In this document: piece by piece, positions 25,401-34,979 of the stretch
Position numbering within the stretch: position 1 is the first letter of the stretch
Layout of the letters: every line of letters starts with the position of its first letter
Virus record (IMG/VR): IMGVR_UViG_3300011439_000027
Coordinates: 1 to 44,002 of that record
DNA length: 44,002 bases
Direction: 5' to 3' (one strand)
From: a virus
Taxonomy: Duplodnaviria > Caudoviricetes
Notes under the pieces: generated by a model
What the model was told of the DNA's origin: nothing
What the model saw: only the letters and a program-made list of their open reading frames with translations
Database searches by the model: none
Position numbers and translations under genes: made by a program

Positions 25401-28400
25401 ATGGGTAGCACCCCCTTCGCAGTGGAGAGTTGGTTCTTTGTCTTCTTGTAAATGTCCGCCGTCGACAGAGCCTTCGGCGAAGTGTTGTTCTGTGTGAAGT
25501 TGAACGTGTCGCCAGGCCCATCGTCCTCGTTCTCCGAAGCGATCTGCTCATTTCTCTGAAGAATGGCTTCGGCCTCTCTTGCCGCGGAATATGAACCATC
25601 CACAGTAATCGGCTTGATGTTCATGAGCTTCCAGAGATCTGCGGCCTGACCTTCGACCTTCGATAGATCGAATACGGGCGTGATGGTCGGGTTGGGATCA
25701 ATCTTGTCTGCCATCAACGAAGACAGACCAGTTAGCGAATCTCGGAGAGAATCAACCGCACTCTCACCGACACCAGCCATGGCTTTAGAAACACCAGCCA
25801 CGGACCGATCAAGACCCACTTCCATACCCTTACCAACCATCTCCATCAACCAAATAGCTTCTGTGGCTGGAGATTTAACGCCGAAGAAGTCAAGAACAGC
25901 ATTCCAGCTATCCTTGACGATGTTCATGAGCTTAGACTTGATCTGTCCGCCGAAACTACCGAGACCCTTGACCGCACCCTTCACGATTGCCCATGCTAGG
26001 TCAGCTCCGGCACGACCCATCTCCTCAGAATTCTGATCGATGGCCTTGGTCATGCCGTCCATAAAGGATATAAGCATCTCGAAACCGGCGTCCACAACCT
26101 CAGGTAGTTCCTTACCAAGTGCTCGTAGGAACTCCTCAATAATCTCGCCAGCCACATCTACGATGAAACTCATGTGGTCTCGAATTGCTTGAAGCATCCC
26201 AAGTAGAATATCCAGTCCAGCGTCGTAGAGCTCAGGGAGAGACTCACGAAGAACGGCCAGGATTATGAATACGAGCTTAAGGATCAGCTCACCGAACTTG
26301 GGAAGAACCTCGTTCAGACCATCGATCAATTGGATCAAGAGATTCACAATGAGCTCGACGATCTTGGGGATTCCCTCGATCAGAATATCGACCAGGATGA
26401 GAAGAGCAATCCCGACCTGCTTCACCAGAGCTGGAATAAGGCCGATCACAGCGCTGAGTATGGCTACCACTGCGGCAGCACCTGCAGCTCCAGCAACGCT
26501 AAGAGCTGTAAGACCCGCTGCGAACAGGAACACACCTGCACCAGCCAGCGCTAGACCAGCGCCGATTAGAAGCAACGCCGCTCCGAGACCGAGCATTCCA
26601 GGGATGGCTCCGGTTAGCAAATATCCCGCAGCACCAATGATCAGGAACACGGCGGCCAGAGCCACCAGCCCCTTGACGATTTCGCCCCACTCCATGCTGC
26701 CCAGGATCTTCAATACTGAAGACAACACAAGAAGGGCGCCAGAGACGACAAGTAGGGCTAGCGCACCAGGTATACTGCCAGTCATAGCATTGAGGGCTAT
26801 AACGATGATGCCAAGAGCACCCGCAAGGACAACAAGGCCCTTGACGATCTGCTCCCATTCCATCTTACCCATCTCGGCAATAACGTCAGCAAGGATCTTG
26901 ATTGCCAACGCCACAACGAGGATTGCGCCCGCTGAGAGCAACGCTGTGGGCGCAGCATCAGACAGTAGTACCAGAGCTGCCGTTATGATGGCAAGAGCAC
27001 CGCCGATGACGGCCATACCCTTTCCGAATGTTTCCCAGGACATGATCGACGTTGACGCGATGGCATCGCCAAGAATCTGGATTGCCAGCGCCACAATAAG
27101 GATTGCTCCTGCAGACAGCGGTGCGGTTGGTGCAGCGTTAGACAGCAGAAGAAGTGCACCTGTGATCGCCCCTAGGCTTGCCGCGATGACAGACATACCC
27201 TTGCCGACGTTCTCCCAGGACACTCCTTGGAGATCCTGGATTGCGCTGGCTAGGATCTTGATCGCTGCCGCAATAAGAACGATACCTACGCCGCCTAGAA
27301 CTCCGACGGCGTTTGCTTGTGCGAACTTGGTGAACAAGGCAAGGGATCCCAGAAGTACAGCGACCCCGCCAAGCCCCTTTGCCAGTTCATCCCAATCCAG
27401 GCCGCCGAGTTGCTTGACGGACTGAGCCAGAATAAGAATGGCGGTTGAGAGGATCGTTAGACTTACTGCTACCCCCACAAGCTCCGCTCCACTAGGAAGC
27501 GTACGAGCCGTGGCAACCAGTATGCCCATCACAAGAGCCACAGATATAAGGCCTCTGTGCATCTCCTCAGGATCCATGGTACCTAGCTGACGAATCGCCA
27601 GGGCAAGAATGTTGATTGCGATTCCCAGAACAGTGAATGACGCCGCCATCGCGTACATCTTGACGACGTTTATCGAGCCCATCAAGCTCATGACGTACAT
27701 GGTTGCAGTGAGCTCGGCGAACATCACTGCGATTGCAGCCAACGACCTAGTCAGCTGTCCAGCGTCCAACGTGGACAACGCAACAGCCGAAGCAGCAATA
27801 ACGCCGATAGCGATTGCTATCTGCAGAAGGGCTGCTGCATTCAACGCGTGTTCCATACCATTGAGAACGTCGGTCATCTGAGATATGACGCTGTTCACTC
27901 GAGTTACGTTCAATATCAACCCAGCGACCAAGCCGGCAAAGAGACCAGTGTTGATCGCTGCAAGAAGATCGTCGAAGTTGAAACCGCCGATAGCGTCGCT
28001 TGCTTCCCGGAACCACTCAGCCATCTTGCTGGCCATCGGTCCAAAGAACCTCCAGACAGCCTCCAAGATCCCAAGCAGGTGTTCCCAGGCAACCGTCGCA
28101 ATATCAGCCAGACCAGCAAGAGGGTTTAGACTCTTGGCGAAACCGACCATGTCTTCAGCCATAGTTCCGGTGTCGACATTGTCGAACATCATCCCGATAG
28201 CTTGACCGATGCTCTGGATAATCCGAAGCGGGATCTCGAGAATCCTCCCCAAGTTCCCGAACGTTTGTGCAAGATCGTCTCCGGCCTCGATGGCGAACAC
28301 GACCTGCTGGATGAAGGTGGCCACAGATATAACGAAGTCAAGGAATCCGTCAGACCCCTCCATCGTCACACCAAGCAGATGGCCAATAACACCGGCCAGA

Positions 28401-29806
28401 CCACTGACAATCGTCCCCGCAAGTCGGAGCACAGCGAATACCGCGTACGAAACCTCTCGGATCGCCTCGAGTGCCTTGGCGCTGGGCATGAGGGTCTCAG
28501 TGAATTTGCGGAAGTTCTCTGTGATCTCGGCAAGTCGCTTGGCTGTGACGGGTGGAAATATAGTGCTGAAGGCCTCTCCGACTGGTTTGAGAACAGCAGA
28601 GAAAGTCTTGAATATGTTAGCTATGCCAGCGAACAGATTGTCGCGACCGCCAAGTTCTTTCCACTCTTTCAAGAGCTCATTACGAGCTCGCGACGAATCT
28701 CCGATGATCCCATCGAGAACGTTGTAGACACCCGACCATAGTTCTTTGGCCTCGGTGAAGTTGCCAAATATGATCGACCAAGTCTGAGCCCAACCAGAGC
28801 CCGCGCCCTCACGAAGAGCTCCAAGCAACTGGGACATGGTCTTGACTTCGGTGGCAGCTGCCTTAGCAACTGCTGCCTGCTTCTGAATGGCTTCGATCTG
28901 AGTAGCGTTGAAGCCCATGACAGCTAGCTCGGCATCCGTAAGGTCGCCAGTAAACTGCGCTAGTGTCGTAGACAACACGTCGGCAGTAAGCCAGCCCTGC
29001 TCCAACGAGGAGCGGAACGAATCGCCAGAAATCTTAACGGTCTTCATGGATCCGTCAAGCGTCACAGCGCTCTCGTTCAGAGTCCCCATGACAACAGCTG
29101 TTTGAGCCAGCGCACGCTGGAAGACCGTACCACCCATACCAGCGTTAACGACCGAGTTCCAGTCGATCAGCCGAACAGTTCCTGTCGATAGAGCCTGCGA
29201 CAACTGGTACATGGCCGTCGCGGCCTGCATCGAGTTCGAGCCAGAGAGAGCTGCCAGGTTGGCGATACCCTTAATGGCTGCGACAGCGGGCTCGAGAGCC
29301 ACGCCGGCTGCGGTGAAGGTACCGATGTTCCGAGCCATCTCGGCGAAGTTGTAAATCGTGAGGTCGGCGTACAGGTTCAACTCGTCTAGAGCACTAGTAA
29401 CATCCCCGAGGGTTACTGCAGCAGCCTGGGTGTTCGCCAGAATCGTCTGGATGGAGTTGATGTTGGTCTCATACTCGCCGAAACCGGTCTTGAGTGGATC
29501 GATCGTCAGAGACTTGACGATGGTAAGACCCGTCTCCACAGCCTTATGCGCGATGGTGGCTAGAGCTGTGACTGCTATAACCGACATCGCATGGAAACGA
29601 CTCTCGATGCTTTGTACAGCCGACAACAACGGGTTCAGATTGGTCTTCCCGGCTGCAGCATTGACGTCATGGAGACCCTTAGAGGCGTTCTCCAACTTCA
29701 AGCTCTTGTTGAGCTGGTCCAGGGTGGCGAGGGTCGTCTTAGATGCTGCTTCGAACTGGGCGTTGTCGAACTTCATGCTAACAACGCGCTCATCAATAGT
29801 GCTCAT
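25397..29806 (-). CDS. Tape measure protein
   Basis: 1469 aa, Ala/Leu/Gly-rich; tape-measure N-terminal domain (YADLTIYNFAEM, MYQLSQAL); hydrophobic repeats. Confidence 0.92.
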   Translation of the reverse strand: MSTIDERVVSMKFDNAQFEAASKTTLATLDQLNKSLKLENASKGLHDVNAAAGKTNLNPLLSAVQSIESRFHAMSVIAVTALATIAHKAVETGLTIVKSLTIDPLKTGFGEYETNINSIQTILANTQAAAVTLGDVTSALDELNLYADLTIYNFAEMARNIGTFTAAGVALEPAVAAIKGIANLAALSGSNSMQAATAMYQLSQALSTGTVRLIDWNSVVNAGMGGTVFQRALAQTAVVMGTLNESAVTLDGSMKTVKISGDSFRSSLEQGWLTADVLSTTLAQFTGDLTDAELAVMGFNATQIEAIQKQAAVAKAAATEVKTMSQLLGALREGAGSGWAQTWSIIFGNFTEAKELWSGVYNVLDGIIGDSSRARNELLKEWKELGGRDNLFAGIANIFKTFSAVLKPVGEAFSTIFPPVTAKRLAEITENFRKFTETLMPSAKALEAIREVSYAVFAVLRLAGTIVSGLAGVIGHLLGVTMEGSDGFLDFVISVATFIQQVVFAIEAGDDLAQTFGNLGRILEIPLRIIQSIGQAIGMMFDNVDTGTMAEDMVGFAKSLNPLAGLADIATVAWEHLLGILEAVWRFFGPMASKMAEWFREASDAIGGFNFDDLLAAINTGLFAGLVAGLILNVTRVNSVISQMTDVLNGMEHALNAAALLQIAIAIGVIAASAVALSTLDAGQLTRSLAAIAVMFAELTATMYVMSLMGSINVVKMYAMAASFTVLGIAINILALAIRQLGTMDPEEMHRGLISVALVMGILVATARTLPSGAELVGVAVSLTILSTAILILAQSVKQLGGLDWDELAKGLGGVAVLLGSLALFTKFAQANAVGVLGGVGIVLIAAAIKILASAIQDLQGVSWENVGKGMSVIAASLGAITGALLLLSNAAPTAPLSAGAILIVALAIQILGDAIASTSIMSWETFGKGMAVIGGALAIITAALVLLSDAAPTALLSAGAILVVALAIKILADVIAEMGKMEWEQIVKGLVVLAGALGIIVIALNAMTGSIPGALALLVVSGALLVLSSVLKILGSMEWGEIVKGLVALAAVFLIIGAAGYLLTGAIPGMLGLGAALLLIGAGLALAGAGVFLFAAGLTALSVAGAAGAAAVVAILSAVIGLIPALVKQVGIALLILVDILIEGIPKIVELIVNLLIQLIDGLNEVLPKFGELILKLVFIILAVLRESLPELYDAGLDILLGMLQAIRDHMSFIVDVAGEIIEEFLRALGKELPEVVDAGFEMLISFMDGMTKAIDQNSEEMGRAGADLAWAIVKGAVKGLGSFGGQIKSKLMNIVKDSWNAVLDFFGVKSPATEAIWLMEMVGKGMEVGLDRSVAGVSKAMAGVGESAVDSLRDSLTGLSSLMADKIDPNPTITPVFDLSKVEGQAADLWKLMNIKPITVDGSYSAAREAEAILQRNEQIASENEDDGPGDTFNFTQNNTSPKALSTADIYKKTKNQLSTAKGVLPI

Positions 29807-30183
29807 GCGGATCTCACCACCTTCCAGATCTCGTTGGAGATGTCGTCAAATATAGGCTTCAACGCTGGGTTTATGTAATCGATCCCTTCGACATAACCCC
29901 CGTTACCCGTCCCGTAGCCGTACTGGATCATGACCGCCACAGGAAAGCCGCCTTCGATGTCGGAGTTCGTGAAGGTCAAAATATAGACCCCTTTGGCTTT
30001 CTTGACGTTGTAGTCCCAAGATGCGGCGACAAGACCTGTCTTGACTGGGGTAGCTAGGCGTAGTGCCAGTACGCCCCTTAGTCCACCGTTGTTCAGAATA
30101 GTCATGATGTCGGAATCTTTTTGTAGAGCCTTGAGGAATGCCTGTGTCTTACTGAAGGAGCCGGTGGATGTAATAGAGAACAT
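29803..30183 (-). CDS. Tail completion / neck protein (HK97 gp10-like)
   Basis: ATPVKTG...SW...IQYGYGT..GGYVEGIDYINPAL. Confidence 0.7.
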   Translation of the reverse strand: MFSITSTGSFSKTQAFLKALQKDSDIMTILNNGGLRGVLALRLATPVKTGLVAASWDYNVKKAKGVYILTFTNSDIEGGFPVAVMIQYGYGTGNGGYVEGIDYINPALKPIFDDISNEIWKVVRSA

Positions 30184-30200
30184 GTCGACTCCTTCTTGCG

Positions 30201-30440
30201 TTAAGTCACGGTGGACGTGTACTGCGAGATCTTCCTAGAATATGTGATGGTGATGTTGTTGAGTTCTGAAACCTTAGTTACGAAGGCCTGGAATACTGAA
30301 TCTCTTTGTGCTTCGGTTGGTGTTTGTCCATTAGCTGGCTGCATCAGGAGTTGACAGTGCATCTGAAGTCCCGTGGGGGTATGCACAAACGCTACCTCAT
30401 GAATATAAACACCATTGTCAACATCTGCCGAATACGCCAT
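30201..30440 (-). CDS. Hypothetical protein (starts MAYSAD)
   Basis: GAAGGTGG RBS; follows the tail fiber gene. Confidence 0.55.
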   Translation of the reverse strand: MAYSADVDNGVYIHEVAFVHTPTGLQMHCQLLMQPANGQTPTEAQRDSVFQAFVTKVSELNNITITYSRKISQYTSTVT

Positions 30441-30457
30441 TGCAGCCACCTTCTTTT

Positions 30458-31300
30458 TCATGCAGTTCGTTTCCACATGTAGCAGACAATATAAGGCTGA
30501 AGGTTGTTGTGTGCTGTCCCAGAGCCGGTGCTGTTGGTAGTGAATGCGTGTGTGTGGGCGTTACCCGAACCGTATCGCGTGTTGGTTCCAGAACCAGAGG
30601 AAGCAGTTCCGCTGCCTCCATTGAATGACAGAGGGAAGCTTGCCTGTGTTGATTCGTTTCCAGTAGTTCCCGTGTGCGTGTGTGCAGCCAACTCAGCGAT
30701 AGACAACGCATGGGTCTCGGCACCACCTGTGGTTTCTGCAGCGACATTGAATGTCCCTGATGACGCGTGTCGACTAACGGGAACACGGCCTTCGCCCCAG
30801 ACAGCCCATGTGCCACCAAAGAGCGTAGCCGGACTTGTACTCGAGACACTCATGTATATAGAACCAACAGGATGCGCCGAAAGCAACACAGAAGCTACTG
30901 TGGCGGCAACTACTGCGGCCAGATTAGCAGGTGTAATTGCTCGAACTGTGTCGGTCCCTGTGACGGCTTCGGCATCCGTAGCGAGTTCAACTTTACCCTT
31001 TACCGTTTCGCTGGCATCGGGGATGCTTACTGTTGCCAATCCTGCAGCAAGACCCGCGGGAGTGACAGCCCTAACCGTGTCGGTACCAGTTGTCGCTTCT
31101 GCCACCGTGGCGAGCTCTACTTTACCCTTGACTGTCTCTGAAGCGTCCGGAAGCGAGGCCAACACATAGCCCGCGTCGATCTCAGTCAAGTCGTATGTCA
31201 CTAGGATCAGATGACCAAACGCGTCGATGTAGCCCGTCTGGATCGTGGTGTCGATGATCTCCTGCATTCTTGCTGCGGTCAATCCGGTTACAGTAGCCAT
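30458..31300 (-). CDS. Tail fiber / baseplate protein
   Basis: Duplicated PDASETVKGKVELAT..EA.TGTDTVRA.TPA repeat; HPVGSIYMS...HNNLQPYIVCYMWKRTA collar-type C-terminus. Confidence 0.8.
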   Translation of the reverse strand: MATVTGLTAARMQEIIDTTIQTGYIDAFGHLILVTYDLTEIDAGYVLASLPDASETVKGKVELATVAEATTGTDTVRAVTPAGLAAGLATVSIPDASETVKGKVELATDAEAVTGTDTVRAITPANLAAVVAATVASVLLSAHPVGSIYMSVSSTSPATLFGGTWAVWGEGRVPVSRHASSGTFNVAAETTGGAETHALSIAELAAHTHTGTTGNESTQASFPLSFNGGSGTASSGSGTNTRYGSGNAHTHAFTTNSTGSGTAHNNLQPYIVCYMWKRTA

Positions 31301-31308
31301 CTCACCTC

Positions 31309-32028
31309 CTAGAGGGTACTGACGGTATAGCTGTCTGCGTCGATGTAGACAGCCGAGGGCCAACTGATCTCGAATGTGTCAGGATCAGTCAAATATACGA
31401 CACTGTCTGGACCTATGGCAGTCCAAGTTCCATCACCATTGTCGATGATCTGGAGAATCGCGTTGGTCTCAAATATGTCGACGATCTCTTCCGGTAGAGG
31501 AAGTCGAGGAGCATTACCTTCAGTCCCATAGAGAATATCCTCGAGAATCTCTATCACCCAGCTATAAGCAATCGAGGTCTCTACAATCAGATGGGCAGAA
31601 CGCTTGGCGCCCGGAATATCGATCGGTAGTGTAGTAAAGCCCCAGGAATGACTCGTAACGGGCGATTGTTCGTGGGAAAAACCCTCCGGGGAAAAAAGCA
31701 CATTGTAAACGAGATGTAGCCGATAATGTGTCTTCGTCATGGTTCGATAACAGAACCCAACCGGCTTCTGACGAACTTGACTTAGAATATCGGTATAAAA
31801 TGACGGAGGATAGCTATAAGCCCTTACGGTACCCGCGAAGAAGCCACTACTCTGTCTGTTTGCAACTTGAAGACCATCTTGGTACAGACGGCGTTGAGTT
31901 GATTCTACAGATGTATCCTTCACAGATATGATCCCACTCCAGGCTTCCCCGGCCCCATCGAGCGGGTAGAAAACTCCTCGGTCCACCCCGATCTCGTAGT
32001 CTCGGGCATCCCAGGTTAGCCTGGTCAT
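31309..32028 (-). CDS. Major-tail-protein paralog
   Basis: LTWD..YEIGVDRGVFYP...AWSG...LHLVYN, homologous to 33265..34338. Confidence 0.75.
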   Translation of the reverse strand: MTRLTWDARDYEIGVDRGVFYPLDGAGEAWSGIISVKDTSVESTQRRLYQDGLQVANRQSSGFFAGTVRAYSYPPSFYTDILSQVRQKPVGFCYRTMTKTHYRLHLVYNVLFSPEGFSHEQSPVTSHSWGFTTLPIDIPGAKRSAHLIVETSIAYSWVIEILEDILYGTEGNAPRLPLPEEIVDIFETNAILQIIDNGDGTWTAIGPDSVVYLTDPDTFEISWPSAVYIDADSYTVSTL

Positions 32029-32038
32029 GGTTCACCTC

Positions 32039-32677
32039 CTAAGGCGCAAATATAGCTATCAGCTCGTCTGGTGTCGGAAGGGAAGGAGGATCCCCTTCTG
32101 TCCCGTAGAGCAAATCCTCAAGCTCCGACAGCATCTCGGAATCGGCATACCTAGAATCCACGACGAAATGCGCCGTTCTCTTTACTCCAGTAACAGGAGG
32201 AGGCAACGTCGAAAGATTCCAGGAGAGCTGCATTGGATCTGCGGAATTGCCTAATGAGGAATTATCCCTAGCTGTAGGAGCCGCTAGAGCGTTGTACACC
32301 AAGTGAATCTTATAACCGAGATTAGTTCCCTCTACGTCGTTACCTACCAATGATCGATAGGATAGACCGAACGATGATCTGGGTTGCTGGGTTGCATAGA
32401 GACCGTTGTGGATGGTGGCTATCCCATCACTCGGGCCAAATTCCGCCGGAGCCCCAACTGCGTCAATCTTCGCTGCAAACTCTTCAGCTGAGGCGATGTT
32501 GAGTATCTTGATCCCATCAAGATAGACTGGTCTTGGGGTTCCACCCTGTGGGGATTCTGTAACCGAAACCAGCCCATGCCAAGCGACACCGTCGCCCGTT
32601 ACAGGATACAGGACGCCTCGGTCGACGCCGGCCTCGAAGAATCTCTCTGATCGAGCTCCCCACACAAGTCGTGCCAT
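32039..32677 (-). CDS. Major-tail-protein paralog
   Basis: FEAGVDRGVLYP...AWHGLVSVTESP...GYKIHLVYNA...LEDLLYG. Confidence 0.8.
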   Translation of the reverse strand: MARLVWGARSERFFEAGVDRGVLYPVTGDGVAWHGLVSVTESPQGGTPRPVYLDGIKILNIASAEEFAAKIDAVGAPAEFGPSDGIATIHNGLYATQQPRSSFGLSYRSLVGNDVEGTNLGYKIHLVYNALAAPTARDNSSLGNSADPMQLSWNLSTLPPPVTGVKRTAHFVVDSRYADSEMLSELEDLLYGTEGDPPSLPTPDELIAIFAP

Positions 32678-32690
32678 GTCGTCCCTCCTT

Positions 32691-33233
32691 TCATCCTGAA
32701 GTCCCCATGGCTGCGCGACGCTGAGCGTTCAGTTCGTTGTTTCTCTGCAGAAGTTGACGCTTACTCATCTTCTTTTGTGGTGTGTTCTTTCGGTTGATCA
32801 CCTGAATGTAGGTCAGAAGCTGGTTTAAATGCCAGTACTGGCATTCCATGTCAACGTTAAGAGCCGACATCCAGTAATAGATGACCTCTGCCGTGATGAT
32901 CTCTCGACTAGAACGTTGTTGGTCGATTCTCGAAAATGTGGTGGCGGTCATCTTTCTGTTGATGTAAGTATCAATGGCTGCCACATTAGCTTGAGTGAGC
33001 CGCCCGAAGACCTCTGGGGAAACGTCCGGAGTCAGAACCATCATCCTGATGTAGGCTAGAGTCTCCTCAGAAGTCTTCGGGGTTTTGCTCAGAAAGGGTT
33101 TCTCGTATTCCGACTCCCATTTTGACAGCGCGACCAGAGAATGCTCAAGCTCCAAGTCAACTGACTTGGTAGTGACAAACTTTCCGGTTGCTTCGTCGAA
33201 ACCCTCGGAAAGAGGGATAGTAAGCTTGAGCAT
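32691..33233 (-). CDS. Tail assembly chaperone
   Basis: Directly after the major tail gene; LEHSLVALSKWES and WHLNQLLT motifs. Confidence 0.65.
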   Translation of the reverse strand: MLKLTIPLSEGFDEATGKFVTTKSVDLELEHSLVALSKWESEYEKPFLSKTPKTSEETLAYIRMMVLTPDVSPEVFGRLTQANVAAIDTYINRKMTATTFSRIDQQRSSREIITAEVIYYWMSALNVDMECQYWHLNQLLTYIQVINRKNTPQKKMSKRQLLQRNNELNAQRRAAMGTSG

Positions 33234-33264
33234 TCTCTGGCCTCCTTACTGTTTAGAGGGTCGA

Positions 33265-34338
33265 CTAGGCGAAGGTGAAGAACCAGACGTCGACCGCTGT
33301 GGTCGGGAAGGCGTAACCCGCTGCCGGGTGCGCCGTAACCGTAGCGTTGGCCACGATGGGGTGAGTACCAGCACCAACCACGGTGCCGTTGAGCTTGTAG
33401 ATGACGCCGGTGGTGGCCGTAACGGTGACCAGGTCGGTGCCCGAGTCGTAGGTCGGCGCCGTCGGCGTGACCAACGTGGTGGTGTTGAAGTACCACTGGG
33501 TACCGATGACTGCCGGGAACTTGTAACCGGCCGCTGGAGTGGCCTTGACCAGAACTGGGCCGGTGATGACCTGGTTTCCGGTGACCACAACACCAGCGAT
33601 CTTGTAGACGACACCGGTGACCGTCGGGATGACGACTGTCTCGGTCTCTGGGATGTAGCTAGGCGCGAGCGGAGTGGCCTCCGTGGTCGAACCGGCGAAG
33701 ATGGCCAGAACTGCCGCCGGCGTCGGGAGCTCCGGGTCCTCGCTTTCGCCACCGTAGAGCAGCGCCTCGAGGGTGGCCAGAGCGGTCGGGTCCACCAAGG
33801 TGCTGTCGATCGTCATACTGGCCGTCGGCTTGTAGCCTTCAACCGACATCGGAATGGTGGTGAGTGCCCACGAGAACGTGATCGCCTCAGGTGTTTCGTT
33901 GACCGTGTTGTAGGCCTTCTCCGAAGGCGCGGCGGAAGCGTTCCAGACGAGGTGAAGCTTGTAACCGGCTTCCGGGTCCAGGTCGTTACCGACCTTGCTC
34001 CGGTAGGACATGCCGAACTGTGTCCGAGTCTGCTGTCCGATCATGACACCGGTTTCCGGCTGAGCATACCCTTCGCAGGCAGCGAACTCGCTCGGATAGG
34101 TGTAAGCCTCGACGGTCGCTTCGAACTTCTCGACCGAGATGAGGTTCAGGTAGGGAATGTTGTCGGCGTAAGTGATGGTCGACTCTGCGCCAGTCGGCGA
34201 CTCGGTAACGGTGACAAGACCGTTCCACGCGAAACCAGTGTCGTAGGCGCCAGCCTCGTCGGGCAGGTAAAGAACACCGTGGTCGACACCCGTCTCATAG
34301 ACACGTTCGCCAACGGCATCCCAGGTGAGAGCAGTCAC
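33265..34338 (-). CDS. Major tail protein with two C-terminal Ig-like repeats (GTG start)
   Basis: YETGVDHGVLY...AWNGL..VTESP..YADNIPY; GAGG RBS; strong codon bias. Confidence 0.85.
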   Translation of the reverse strand: MTALTWDAVGERVYETGVDHGVLYLPDEAGAYDTGFAWNGLVTVTESPTGAESTITYADNIPYLNLISVEKFEATVEAYTYPSEFAACEGYAQPETGVMIGQQTRTQFGMSYRSKVGNDLDPEAGYKLHLVWNASAAPSEKAYNTVNETPEAITFSWALTTIPMSVEGYKPTASMTIDSTLVDPTALATLEALLYGGESEDPELPTPAAVLAIFAGSTTEATPLAPSYIPETETVVIPTVTGVVYKIAGVVVTGNQVITGPVLVKATPAAGYKFPAVIGTQWYFNTTTLVTPTAPTYDSGTDLVTVTATTGVIYKLNGTVVGAGTHPIVANATVTAHPAAGYAFPTTAVDVWFFTFA

Positions 34339-34349
34339 TGTGGTTCCTC

Positions 34350-34655
34350 TCAGAAATAGAGATTGAATGCGGAGTGGTTGAGATTGTTTGCGACGAACCC
34401 CCGACTGTACAAACACATCGGGAGTGAAGCGACCGCCTTCGGTATAATACTATCCGGATCGGCATCGATGACGGTCACCAAATATCTTGTGTAGATTAAG
34501 TACGGTGAGTTGTTCGCGTGTTTCGTGTCCATGTTGTTAACTTTATACACGATACACGGGTACGCCATCGAGAGATTGGGGGGTGGTTGGAAATATACGT
34601 TGTCGGAGCCGATAAGAGCCTCAAGGAGAGACTGGAGTTCCGTCCTCGTTCCCAT
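34350..34655 (-). CDS. Tail terminator
   Basis: NVYFQPP...YPCIVY; position in module. Confidence 0.7.
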   Translation of the reverse strand: MGTRTELQSLLEALIGSDNVYFQPPPNLSMAYPCIVYKVNNMDTKHANNSPYLIYTRYLVTVIDADPDSIIPKAVASLPMCLYSRGFVANNLNHSAFNLYF

Positions 34656-34962
34656 TCCACACACCTCCCAGCCTTAGGATGAGCCGGGGCCTCTGGACTT
34701 CCACGTCAGTGATCTTCCAGAGGACACCCTGCCATCGAATATAGCGCATCTCAAAGATGTGTTCGTTGGCGTACGCGTCTGCGACAATACTGATGGAGTT
34801 TTGAACAGTAATATCATCGTTGACCTGTTCCCCCTCCCGGAGTCTCCTCGAATCTCTCACGACATCACCGTAATATGGCTTCTCCGTGATTAGTTCTTGG
34901 ATGACTCCGGGAGCGGTCTCCGTCATCTCGCCGTACCCGATCCCGCCAAAGAACTTAGCCAC
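34621..34962 (-). CDS. Head-to-tail stopper
   Basis: ISIVADAYA...WKITDVEVQRPRLIL; follows the capsid gene. Confidence 0.7.
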   Translation of the reverse strand: MAKFFGGIGYGEMTETAPGVIQELITEKPYYGDVVRDSRRLREGEQVNDDITVQNSISIVADAYANEHIFEMRYIRWQGVLWKITDVEVQRPRLILRLGGVWNGNEDGTPVSP

Positions 34963-34979
34963 CGGGTACTACACCTCCG

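Noticed and set aside
32691-33260. Programmed frameshift in the tail chaperone
   Set aside because: No clear slippery heptamer or overlapping second ORF seen
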